This document shows, piece by piece, positions 38,772 through 47,437 of a DNA stretch of 64,000 bases; the first letter of the stretch is position 1; every line of letters begins with the position of its first letter. The position numbers and the translations under genes were made by a program. Origin of the DNA: Bacteriovoracia bacterium (GTDB lineage: Bacteria > Bdellovibrionota > Bacteriovoracia > Bacteriovoracales > Bacteriovoracaceae); NCBI GenBank assembly GCA_046570105.1, contig JBKHVI010000003.1, forward strand, positions 32,001-96,000, read 5' to 3'. A model generated the notes under the pieces. The model saw nothing but the letters and a program-made list of their open reading frames with translations, had not been told where the DNA came from and ran no database searches.

Positions 38772-39935
38772 ATGGCCAAGAAAACTAAACCAGCTGCTTT
38801 TTCAACTCGCGCGATTCATGTTGGCGGAGAACCTGATCCAACAACAGGCGCAATCATGCCGCCTATCTATCAAACATCTACCTATGTTCAAAGTTCTCCA
38901 GGTGAACACAAAGGTTACGAATACACTCGTACGCATAACCCGACTCGTACACGCTTAGAAGAATGCTTGGCCTCTCTCGAAGGTGCTGACCATTGCTTAG
39001 TCGCTTCTTCAGGTCTTGCGGCTTCAACTCTCATCATGCACGCTCTTCCTGCCAAGAGTAAGATTCTCTGCGGTGATGATGTGTATGGTGGAACTTATCG
39101 TTTGTTCACCAAGGTTTTCCAAGACATTCATCAAATTGAATTTGCCGATACTACCGATCTTAAATCTCTCGGTGCAAAAATTCTTAAATTCAAACCAGCT
39201 CTCGTATGGCTTGAAACACCCACAAATCCAATGTTGAAAATTTCAGACATTGCTGCTGTGGTGAAACTTGCCAAAAAAGTGAAGGCGCTCGTCGTTGTCG
39301 ATAACACCTTCATGAGCCCTTACTTTCAAAACCCCATCGCTCTCGGTGCAGATATTGTGGTTCACTCCATGACCAAATATATCAATGGTCACTCTGATGT
39401 GGTGGGTGGAGCTTTGATGATTAACAAAGGCGCCTTCTATGAACGTTTGCGCTTCTTGCAAAATGCCGCCGGCCCATGCTTGGCCCCGTTTGATTCTTGG
39501 CTCGTGCTACGTGGAGTTAAAACCCTTGCGGTGAGAATGGAAGCGACCGCTAAGAACGCGCAGAAAGTCGCCGAGTACCTTGAGAAACATCCGAAAGTGA
39601 AAAGCGTTATCTACCCCGGCCTCAAATCTCATCCGCAACATGCTATTGCTAAAAAACAAGCCAGTGGCTTTGGCGGGATGATTACTTTCTTCATTGACGG
39701 TGGCATCAAAGAATCGCGCGCGTTTTTAGAAAATGTAAAATTGTTTGCCTTGGCAGAAAGCTTGGGTGGTGTTGAAAGTCTCGTCGAACATCCGGCCATC
39801 ATGACTCATGCTTCGATTCCCGCCAATATCCGCAAGCAGCTAGGGATCCATGATAATTTGATTCGTTTGAGTGTAGGTATTGAGCATATCGATGATTTGC
39901 TCAATGACCTCGATGTGGCATTTAAGAAAGTTTAA
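38772..39935 (+). CDS. Cystathionine gamma-synthase/lyase (PLP transsulfuration enzyme)
   Basis: PIYQTSTY, YEYTR..NPTR, ETPTNP, HSMTKYINGHSD, AESLGGVESL. Confidence 0.93.
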   Translation: MAKKTKPAAFSTRAIHVGGEPDPTTGAIMPPIYQTSTYVQSSPGEHKGYEYTRTHNPTRTRLEECLASLEGADHCLVASSGLAASTLIMHALPAKSKILCGDDVYGGTYRLFTKVFQDIHQIEFADTTDLKSLGAKILKFKPALVWLETPTNPMLKISDIAAVVKLAKKVKALVVVDNTFMSPYFQNPIALGADIVVHSMTKYINGHSDVVGGALMINKGAFYERLRFLQNAAGPCLAPFDSWLVLRGVKTLAVRMEATAKNAQKVAEYLEKHPKVKSVIYPGLKSHPQHAIAKKQASGFGGMITFFIDGGIKESRAFLENVKLFALAESLGGVESLVEHPAIMTHASIPANIRKQLGIHDNLIRLSVGIEHIDDLLNDLDVAFKKV

Positions 39936-40561
39936 GGCGTTTTAGTTTCTACAGCAGTGCCTGGCGCAACAACCGGTGTAACCGGAGCGACAGGTGCTGC
40001 TTTTTCCACTTCCACAACAGCTTCTTTGCCACCCTTCTCGAAGATATTGGCAACCTGAGTGTAGCGACTGAACATGATCTCATCAGTGAGATAGCGCTCA
40101 AGTAACAAGTAAGAGCAGTAGATACGGCCATGCGGAGTCCCGAGGCTATCACGATCACCTTCAGCAAAAATCAAACCATCGTCTTGCAGCACATCGACGA
40201 GATCAAAGTATTGGCCACAGAAGTTAGACGTATTTTTTGATTTATCCGGCTTCACGCAGCTATCAGTTTTTTTAGCGACGTCTGTTCCAGTAGCAGAGGC
40301 GACCTTAATGTGTACAGGCTCGCGACAAACATCAATCGTCCATTCTTTCGGAAGATAGCGACGATACTGAATATTTATCAGACAGCCTTTTTTCTCAATG
40401 GTGAGTTCGTGAGGCAAAAGACCAAATAAAGGTCCTCGGTGAGAAATTTTTGTTTTGTAATTTGCGTCCAAGCAAGATTTTGGCATGAAGCGAGTAAGCG
40501 CCTCAGCCGAAGTCGACACCATCAAAACCAGAAACAGAAAACTAAACTTGCTGAATAGCAT
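39932..40561 (-). CDS. Secreted hypothetical protein
   Basis: Signal peptide, six Cys, Pro/Ala tail; overlaps the upstream stop. Confidence 0.65.
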   Translation of the reverse strand: MLFSKFSFLFLVLMVSTSAEALTRFMPKSCLDANYKTKISHRGPLFGLLPHELTIEKKGCLINIQYRRYLPKEWTIDVCREPVHIKVASATGTDVAKKTDSCVKPDKSKNTSNFCGQYFDLVDVLQDDGLIFAEGDRDSLGTPHGRIYCSYLLLERYLTDEIMFSRYTQVANIFEKGGKEAVVEVEKAAPVAPVTPVVAPGTAVETKTP

Positions 40562-41711
40562 GACGGTGAACCTCCATCATCACGGCCGTCGCATCTTTTG
40601 CGAGGAAATCTCCGGATGACTCTTTTTTCAATTGAAAGAACAATTCCATTAACAGCTCAGACCCAGGCAAGGATTTTTGAGACTCAATAAAAGCCCCTCG
40701 CTCGACCGCAGTATGTGCCTCATTCCAATTAAATATGAAGCCAGGAGAGAAAACAACGACTTTCTCCCCTCGATTGAGTCGAAAGCTAAAGCGAGACTCT
40801 TCTAAACGATTAATATCAAATCCATTCAAGCGAGGCAGCGCATAGAGACCATTTTCCTGACTGAACAGCTCGAACGTCCCAAAGGCAAATCCTTCACATT
40901 GCAGAGTATGCTGCTCAATCTTCAAGAGCATAATCTGTACATCGACCTGTTTCTTTTTATTTGCATTGATAGCACTGATTTCTAGCGCAGCTTCCTGAAT
41001 AAAGAGCTGAGCATCAAAGCCAGCTGGACCGCCCTTGTACTTGTTCAGAAGGCCCATCAAACAGCTTGAAGCCAGGTAAGACGAGGTGTGAACAAAGATC
41101 AGATGGGCCTGGGTCTGCCCTCTTATGACATCGAAATACTCTGAACCAGGTCCCTCACCCACCGCATACTTACTTAAAAGCTGCATCGCCTTGAAGTCTT
41201 CAATTCTTTTAGGAATGACTCCCTCATGAATCTTTTTCGCCTTCATCATCTCAGACTGAGCGCCACGAATAAGCTCATCCATTTCCTGACTAAAGCGCAC
41301 CATCTGTTCTTTGAAGCTGATACGCTCTTGGCGTTGACGCCAAAAATAGAGCAATTGATTGCGCAGTAAACCCCACTGAGCGGGCGCCATGGAAAGTGTT
41401 TGTACGGAAATGACTTTATCTGAGAGCGCTAAAACTTTTTGCAGCCACTCTTCCCAATCCTTTTGCACCAACGCAGGCATGAACATAATCACAGCGCTAT
41501 GAGTGTTAAGCAGGGACAAAAAATCATCATTCACAGCAATTTGGCTCATTGAAGGTACATCAATTAACAATGCATCCGATCTTCCTTCGAGAGGAGACTT
41601 CATAAATGCATCAGGAGTAATCACTTCGAGATGAGGAAAGAACTCCTCAAGATCAAGTTTATGTTGCTGCATGGCCGGCAGCAGTCGGTTGTGTAAATCA
41701 ATAATTCTCAT
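40542..41711 (-). CDS. Degenerate PP2C/SpoIIE-like domain protein
   Basis: Coiled-coil linker ending AKKIHEGVIP, then GSEYFDV, GEKVVVFSPGF and KDATAVMM matching the SpoIIE fold without catalytic Asp residues. Confidence 0.65.
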   Translation of the reverse strand: MRIIDLHNRLLPAMQQHKLDLEEFFPHLEVITPDAFMKSPLEGRSDALLIDVPSMSQIAVNDDFLSLLNTHSAVIMFMPALVQKDWEEWLQKVLALSDKVISVQTLSMAPAQWGLLRNQLLYFWRQRQERISFKEQMVRFSQEMDELIRGAQSEMMKAKKIHEGVIPKRIEDFKAMQLLSKYAVGEGPGSEYFDVIRGQTQAHLIFVHTSSYLASSCLMGLLNKYKGGPAGFDAQLFIQEAALEISAINANKKKQVDVQIMLLKIEQHTLQCEGFAFGTFELFSQENGLYALPRLNGFDINRLEESRFSFRLNRGEKVVVFSPGFIFNWNEAHTAVERGAFIESQKSLPGSELLMELFFQLKKESSGDFLAKDATAVMMEVHRHAIQQV

Positions 41712-41718
41712 GGCTAAC

Positions 41719-41745
41719 TTTTCGGGTGTTTAACCAATTACCTTA
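41719..41745 (-). promoter_or_regulatory. Putative sigma28-type promoter (possibly leaderless mRNA)
   Basis: TAAG-N15-CCCGAAAA ending 7 nt before ATG 41711. Confidence 0.5.
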
Positions 41746-41772
41746 GCATTTTCAGATACTTATCTTTAGTAC

Positions 41773-41799
41773 TCAATTTTTAATCCCAACCGCCGACAA
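41773..41799 (+). promoter_or_regulatory. Putative sigma28-type promoter of the HD-GYP gene
   Basis: TCAA-N15-GCCGACAA. Confidence 0.55.
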
Positions 41800-41856
41800 G
41801 TCCTTCTACATGGGGACATATGTGGCCCCTCTCATGTTGATTTTGGGAATTACGTA

Positions 41857-42582
41857 ATGAAGAAAACCAACAACGTCTTTCAAATACCGAGCTTCACAAC
41901 GGCACAAGCTATTCTTACGCTTGCAGCTGAAGGCGAAAGACTTAAGGTTGAAAATCAGAAGATGGCCGAAATGATGGCCAGAACTATTCTTAAAGCTCTC
42001 GACTGCAAAGATCACTATACTTTCGGGCACAGCATGCGTGTGGCCTATTTCTCTCTTGTCACTGGCAAGGAGCTAGGTTTGTCGGACGAAGAAATGAAGG
42101 AACTAGAACTTTCAGCTATCTTCCACGACATTGGAAAGATTGGAACCCCAGATCAGGTGCTCAACAAACCGAGTCGCCTAACAGAAGAAGAGTTCTTGGT
42201 GATGAAACAACACCCAGAACAGTCTTATGAAATTCTGAAGGAATATCCCATCTTTGAAAAGATCGCACTCAATGCTCGCTATCATCACGAACGTTACGAC
42301 GGTCGTGGTTACCCGGAAGGGATGAAAGGCGAGGAGATTCCACTCTTCGCCCGCATCATTCTGATTGCTGATACTTTCGATGCGATGACTTCGACTCGTC
42401 CTTACCGCAAAGGTTTGGACTATAGTGTCGCCTATGAAGAATTGAATCAATTCTCAGGAACACAATTTGATCCAAAATGTGTCAAAGCTTTCATTGCGGG
42501 AATGGCGAAAGAAGCCACCAAAGGTGAAGAGGAATTTTTCATTCCCCTTCTCGATCGCAAATTCACTAAGAATGCAGCTTAG
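41857..42582 (+). CDS. HD-GYP cyclic dinucleotide phosphodiesterase
   Basis: GHSMRV, HDIGK, HHERYDGRGYP, ADTFDAMT..RPYR all intact. Confidence 0.93.
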   Translation: MKKTNNVFQIPSFTTAQAILTLAAEGERLKVENQKMAEMMARTILKALDCKDHYTFGHSMRVAYFSLVTGKELGLSDEEMKELELSAIFHDIGKIGTPDQVLNKPSRLTEEEFLVMKQHPEQSYEILKEYPIFEKIALNARYHHERYDGRGYPEGMKGEEIPLFARIILIADTFDAMTSTRPYRKGLDYSVAYEELNQFSGTQFDPKCVKAFIAGMAKEATKGEEEFFIPLLDRKFTKNAA

Positions 42583-42585
42583 ATT

Positions 42586-43791
42586 TTACTGACAGAAACC
42601 GGTTTTGGTACCGGCAGTGATTCTTTCTTTTTGCATCCAAATACAAGCTTTATCCGTCTGGAACACGCTATCAGGATAACATTCCTTAGGCTTGGTCGTT
42701 CCTTTCAGTGAGCTATAGTTTTGTTCGCAAACGCGATAGCTCGCTCCATCCACACAGGCCCAATGTTTACCGCGACAGTTATAAACAAGACCGCGCCCGA
42801 AGTTTTCATATTCAGGTGGTTCAATATAGGCCGCCCCAGTGGCAGGTACACTGTCTTTTTTATCCTGAATTTGCTTCTCTAAATCTTTCAAGATCTGTTC
42901 AGTCATATCTGGATTGTCAGTCGCAGGTTGCCCATCAGTCACTTGATCTGTTCCTGAAGCTTCTTCTCCACCCACTTTCGGCTCAGTATTCTCTGGCGGA
43001 ATTAAATCTGGTGCCGGCTCGACAAAATTATCTGGAGCGGTGGCTTCGATAGGAGCCGAGTCTTCAGAAATCGGCGTCTCATCTCCAATCGGTTCAACAG
43101 GGATATCCACACTCTCCACTGGAGGTGGGACTTGTTCTGGTGGAGCGTCTACCACCGGCTCAACTGGCGGAGGAGGAGTATCAGTAGGTGCAGCAACTGT
43201 CGGCTCAGTTGGAGGTGTCACAGCTGGATCAACCGGTGCCGGTTCTACTGGCGCGGTATCAACTGGTGCCGCTACAACAGGATCAGTGGGTGCTGTAGGA
43301 TCAACCGGAGCCGCTCCTTCTGCTGGTGGAGCTGCATCTGGTGAAGCGGAAGCAGCCTCCCCCGGAGGAGGACGTTTTTTCTTATTTTTCTTCACTGGTG
43401 GATCAACCGGAAGCTCTTCAGCGACCTCAGTGGGTTCTTCTGTTGGATTCAAATAATCGTAAGCAAAATAAAGTGCGCCCAAGACCAATGCAATACGAAT
43501 TATTTTTTGGCGCTGATCATTTGCGCCGGGCGCTTTCACTCCAATATCCGTCTTATCACCAGACGATGCAGCTTTGGCTGAAGGCTTGTTGAGAACTTTT
43601 GCTAAGAACGGTAACTGTTTAGCGAGAGCTTGTTTCCATTTTGGCTGATCTGCTTCAGCAAGCTCATCAACTTCTTCTATGCCTGTTGAATCTTCATCAG
43701 AAGAAACTTCTTCCGATTCTTCAACTTCTTCATCAGTTTCTTCTTCATTATTTTTGGCAGAACGAGACAAGAAAGGAATCTTTCCCTTCAA
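42586..43791 (-). CDS. Single-TM protein with Pro/acidic low-complexity linker and small Cys-containing C-terminal domain
   Basis: TM IALVLGALYFAY, Pro-rich region, GRGLVYNC..KHWACVD domain with six Cys. Confidence 0.7.
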   Translation of the reverse strand: MKGKIPFLSRSAKNNEEETDEEVEESEEVSSDEDSTGIEEVDELAEADQPKWKQALAKQLPFLAKVLNKPSAKAASSGDKTDIGVKAPGANDQRQKIIRIALVLGALYFAYDYLNPTEEPTEVAEELPVDPPVKKNKKKRPPPGEAASASPDAAPPAEGAAPVDPTAPTDPVVAAPVDTAPVEPAPVDPAVTPPTEPTVAAPTDTPPPPVEPVVDAPPEQVPPPVESVDIPVEPIGDETPISEDSAPIEATAPDNFVEPAPDLIPPENTEPKVGGEEASGTDQVTDGQPATDNPDMTEQILKDLEKQIQDKKDSVPATGAAYIEPPEYENFGRGLVYNCRGKHWACVDGASYRVCEQNYSSLKGTTKPKECYPDSVFQTDKACIWMQKERITAGTKTGFCQ

Positions 43792-43887
43792 TTGTTCAAG
43801 CTGCTCTTTGAGTTTATCGATGATAACTCACCCCAAGTTTGCTCTTTCTTATTATATCACCTAGACTTAAGTATAAGGGAGGATGTC

Positions 43888-44583
43888 ATGATGCTCAATG
43901 CAAACGCGTCTTTAGATGTCCTTCACCCCCCAATAATTAATGCTGAAAAGGCGATTCCTGTGATGGACGATGGGGTCACCAAGTTCAAACTTACCCTAAA
44001 AAGGGCCCCGGCCCCCCAGGCCACTGAGGTCATTCCCCTCGAGAAATGGCGTGCTATCCTCTGGCGATTACGTATGGTCGGTGAGTATCCGAATGAAAAG
44101 ATCGGTTACGGAAATCTCTCAGTGAGGCTGCCCCTATCTAAAGGTGGATTTTTGATTACCGGGACCCAGACCGGCAACAAACCCCATCTTCGACGGGAAC
44201 ATTATGCCCGGGTCGTGGGTTGTGACCCACAAAAAAATATCGTCAAAGCCGAAGGTGCCATTGGCCCTTCGAGCGAGAGCCTTACTCATTTTGCAATCTA
44301 TGAATCTAATCCGCAGATTGGCGCGATCTTTCATATTCATCACCAAGTTATTTGGCAAAAAATGATCGATCAGAAAGCTGAATCAATTGATGAAACAATA
44401 GCCTACGGCACGAAAGAAATGGCGGAAGCAGCTCGCGAAACCATTCAAGGTAAAGAACAAGGCGTGTTTGTGATGAAGGGCCATCAAGACGGCATCATTG
44501 CCTATGGTGCCAACCCTGAAGCGGCTGGAAAAATTCTACTTAAACTCTATCGCGAGCTGGGGCCACAAGGGGAAGTGCTTTAA
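43888..44583 (+). CDS. Class II aldolase/adducin family protein
   Basis: GNLSVR, FLITGTQ, PSSESLTH, FHIH, MKGH; GGGAGG RBS before ATG 43888. Confidence 0.8.
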   Translation: MMLNANASLDVLHPPIINAEKAIPVMDDGVTKFKLTLKRAPAPQATEVIPLEKWRAILWRLRMVGEYPNEKIGYGNLSVRLPLSKGGFLITGTQTGNKPHLRREHYARVVGCDPQKNIVKAEGAIGPSSESLTHFAIYESNPQIGAIFHIHHQVIWQKMIDQKAESIDETIAYGTKEMAEAARETIQGKEQGVFVMKGHQDGIIAYGANPEAAGKILLKLYRELGPQGEVL

Positions 44584-45621
44584 ACTGCCCCCTTATAATG
44601 GTGTTAACTCAGGGGGCAGTAGCCTCTGATTATAAAACCACGCGAAAATTTCCAAATGGTCTTTTAGCCTATCTACTCTTTTAGTTGTATTCCATGTTTT
44701 ACGTATCAATCGACTTACATTTGCACGCAACATAGCGCATGAATGGTTCACCGTGAAGATCGGATCAAAGCCTCCTTTTTTTAGTTCACCTTGTCCTGCC
44801 ACTGTTGCACGTTCACTTTTGTAAGTTAGATGTTTCGCCTGTGGCAGATGCTTTCTAATCACAGCACCATAGCGCTGATGTTCATCACTTTTTATCACTG
44901 CGTGTGAATGTATGAACGGCGCCATTTCCTTGAACATTCGTTCAAGAGAATCCGGATGCTCATCTGCTCGCTTACCATATTTTTTTACCGCTAATTTCGC
45001 TAAATGCCCAAATGCTGGAATTCTTGCAACCTCTAACGCCAGAATTCTCCTTGTTCCACTTTCAACCATCATCGTCACCGCCAGCGGCTTAAGCTTGGAG
45101 TTTTCTTTCGTGATCAAATCATCAAGCTGCACTTCTCTAATGGTACCTCGCCTTCTTTCGCAGTAACGACGATTTAGGCGTCCATATTTTTTGCCAAGAA
45201 ACGCCAGCTTGCGCTCAACAGTCTTACGGTTCACGCGCAAGATCCAGGCACTTCGCCGCAAAGACACATTCGACGAAAGAAGCTTTGCTAGAGGTGAGTT
45301 GATTCGCCGCTTTTTCTGTCGATAAGTAGGTGTATTTGTCGCGAGAGAAAAGCGCGCCCCACATGAACGACAGCGAAGCCGTTGGATGAGTTTGCTATCC
45401 TCCTGTCGTTTGAAATATCCATCGCGAATGATATTTCCAGGGCAACCGTTGAGATGATTAGGACATGTGTATTTCATGCCAAGTTAGTTGCAAGAAGTTG
45501 GGTAAATTTTTGAAAGTTAATCTCTTGAAATTAAAAGGTTCGTTTCTCAACATCTGGAGAAAATTTCCATCAAAATGGAAAAAAACTCCCACAGGCAACA
45601 CCACTCAAGTCGGGCAGTTTA
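44581..45621. mobile_element. Insertion sequence, 1041 bp, with 25-bp imperfect TIRs and 9-bp TSD
   Basis: TAAACTGCCC at 44581-44590 and GGGCAGTTTA at 45612-45621; TIRs match 19/25; GAAGTGCTT duplicated at 44572-44580 and 45622-45630. Confidence 0.88.
44593..45477 (-). CDS. Transposase (IS1/IS1595-like: zinc ribbon, HTH, DDE-like core)
   Basis: CPN..C and CRSC, SLRRSAWILRVNRKTV HTH, QLDD, KSDE, LRANVSRLIRKT. Confidence 0.8.
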   Translation of the reverse strand: MKYTCPNHLNGCPGNIIRDGYFKRQEDSKLIQRLRCRSCGARFSLATNTPTYRQKKRRINSPLAKLLSSNVSLRRSAWILRVNRKTVERKLAFLGKKYGRLNRRYCERRRGTIREVQLDDLITKENSKLKPLAVTMMVESGTRRILALEVARIPAFGHLAKLAVKKYGKRADEHPDSLERMFKEMAPFIHSHAVIKSDEHQRYGAVIRKHLPQAKHLTYKSERATVAGQGELKKGGFDPIFTVNHSCAMLRANVSRLIRKTWNTTKRVDRLKDHLEIFAWFYNQRLLPPELTPL

Positions 45622-46612
45622 GAAGTGCTTTAAGAAAGTCCGCCTCTCTCTTCTGCAATTCCTCAATATTTGATCCCGTAACAAAATACCAAACGAACAT
45701 ATTATCTTCTGGAGATAACAGACGGGCAGATGAAGATTGACTCACTCTCATCCAATCTTCACTTTTTAAAACACAGGGATGCATCGCCAGCTTAAAAAAC
45801 TGAGTTTTTTCTTTTTTCCATAGCTGGTAAGCGAGCCAGCCCATGGTTTTGCGTGGATTCATTTCAGAGCCGGGATGAAAAACTCGCTGGCCATCTTTCA
45901 TATAGAAAAAAGCATCGACACTAAAAGAACCCTGATAACCACGGGCAAAAATATCTTTTTGCAAATCGCTTAAATTTTCACTCCAGCTACCAGTCCCCTC
46001 AGGCACCTTATTAAAGGTAGCCGAATTAAGTATTGAGCCTCGCCACTGAAAACGTTGATCAATGATATTTTGATAATAAATATAGCGAGATTCCTCAGCT
46101 ATCCACAAGGCACTCACATCTGCAACGCGATCATAGAGTGGCTCAACCACAACGGGTGTCTTCCAATCAAGACGCGAAACAGCAGTTAAATCATCACGCT
46201 TTATTTTGATGTGCCCGCGGCCCGACATCCCATCACTCTTCTTAATGAGATACCACCCCTCGCCTATCGCTTTCTCAAGCATCTGAGGACTCTCACAAAC
46301 TGCGGCTTCTAAGGGCCAGCGCTTGAGCCACCATTTAAGAAACTCAGTCTTACTACTTAACTCACGCATGAGAGAAAGATTCGCAGTCTCTCCCCACCAA
46401 TCTATGGCGGCATCATTTTTAGTGATTTCAATTTTATGATCAGTGAGAGCAGAGACATATTCCAGATAGCGCGAAGAATAGTCACGATGGACTAGCACTC
46501 GCTCATGGGTGACCCAAAAAGCAAAAAATTCGAGTGTAGCGATCAGATGAGGACGGGGTGGTTTGCCGCTTAAGACTTCTTCAAAATCGACATTGAATCT
46601 AAGACTCGGCAT
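45605..46612 (-). CDS. ATP-grasp-fold-like protein
   Basis: SSK, IKKSDGMSGRG, VVEP, D.S, GSFSVDAF, SEMNPRKTMG. Confidence 0.65.
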   Translation of the reverse strand: MPSLRFNVDFEEVLSGKPPRPHLIATLEFFAFWVTHERVLVHRDYSSRYLEYVSALTDHKIEITKNDAAIDWWGETANLSLMRELSSKTEFLKWWLKRWPLEAAVCESPQMLEKAIGEGWYLIKKSDGMSGRGHIKIKRDDLTAVSRLDWKTPVVVEPLYDRVADVSALWIAEESRYIYYQNIIDQRFQWRGSILNSATFNKVPEGTGSWSENLSDLQKDIFARGYQGSFSVDAFFYMKDGQRVFHPGSEMNPRKTMGWLAYQLWKKEKTQFFKLAMHPCVLKSEDWMRVSQSSSARLLSPEDNMFVWYFVTGSNIEELQKREADFLKALLNCPT

Positions 46613-47435
46613 GCTCTTTCCAAGCTTTGCGATTTGTTATGCGAAAATCATCTTGGAACTCACCTAATTTCTCGACCCATTGAGGCTCAAGCCCCGCTGC
46701 CAATCTCGTCTCTGGAAGATAATTAGCACCTTTGGCGCGAGCGGGAGTGAGGGGCATCGGAAGTACTGAGCGATAATAATCCCACAGGTCTTGTTGACCC
46801 TTCCACTGGCCTAACCAGTGCGCACCTAAAGCGACATGACTGATTTCATCATCAAAAACCGTTTTAAGCACATCGGCGGTTTCAATATCTCCGACAGAGC
46901 GGAAGATTTTTTCGTACTCAAAAGCAAAGTCTAAGTTCGCTGACTCAAAGGTAAGGGCCATGAGAGCAAAAAAAGAAGATGGCGTTTTAAGTTTCTCCAT
47001 CTGGCGCCAGAAGAAATCATTTAAAGCATAATCACCAAATTGCACGCCAAAAGATTTCATGCGCTGAACATAGAGGGCCAAGTGCTTTTGTTCGTCTCGA
47101 ATCGCCGCCACAATTCCGCGCTTCATACGAATACTGGCGTCATCATTATGAGGATAAACCAAGAGGGCCGCCGCCATCATCTCAATGGCCAAGAGTTCAT
47201 GATTGGCAAAGCTATGAATGGCAATGCCACGACTTTGGGGATTAACCAGTGAACCGCGCTTAGGAAATTTAATTTGGCGATCAGAAAATTGCAGCTTGTC
47301 CTCACGTCCAGGTCGCGTTGGAAGAACAAAATCCTGCCACTCTCCCATGGGAGCGGTGAGACTGACTGAGAGTAATTTATCTGCGTAGTGAGGTGACAAG
47401 AGAAGAGTCTTGGCCCATTCCATGATGGTCATCAT
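46599..47435 (-). CDS. DUF455 ferritin-like diiron protein
   Basis: HSFANHELLAIE, DEQKH, FESANLD, DEISHV..G..W. Confidence 0.85.
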   Translation of the reverse strand: MMTIMEWAKTLLLSPHYADKLLSVSLTAPMGEWQDFVLPTRPGREDKLQFSDRQIKFPKRGSLVNPQSRGIAIHSFANHELLAIEMMAAALLVYPHNDDASIRMKRGIVAAIRDEQKHLALYVQRMKSFGVQFGDYALNDFFWRQMEKLKTPSSFFALMALTFESANLDFAFEYEKIFRSVGDIETADVLKTVFDDEISHVALGAHWLGQWKGQQDLWDYYRSVLPMPLTPARAKGANYLPETRLAAGLEPQWVEKLGEFQDDFRITNRKAWKEHAES

Positions 47436-47437
47436 GA

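Noticed and set aside
42708..43592. Plus-strand Gly/Ser/Thr-rich ORFs
   Set aside because: Antisense shadows of the Pro-rich region of the minus-strand gene
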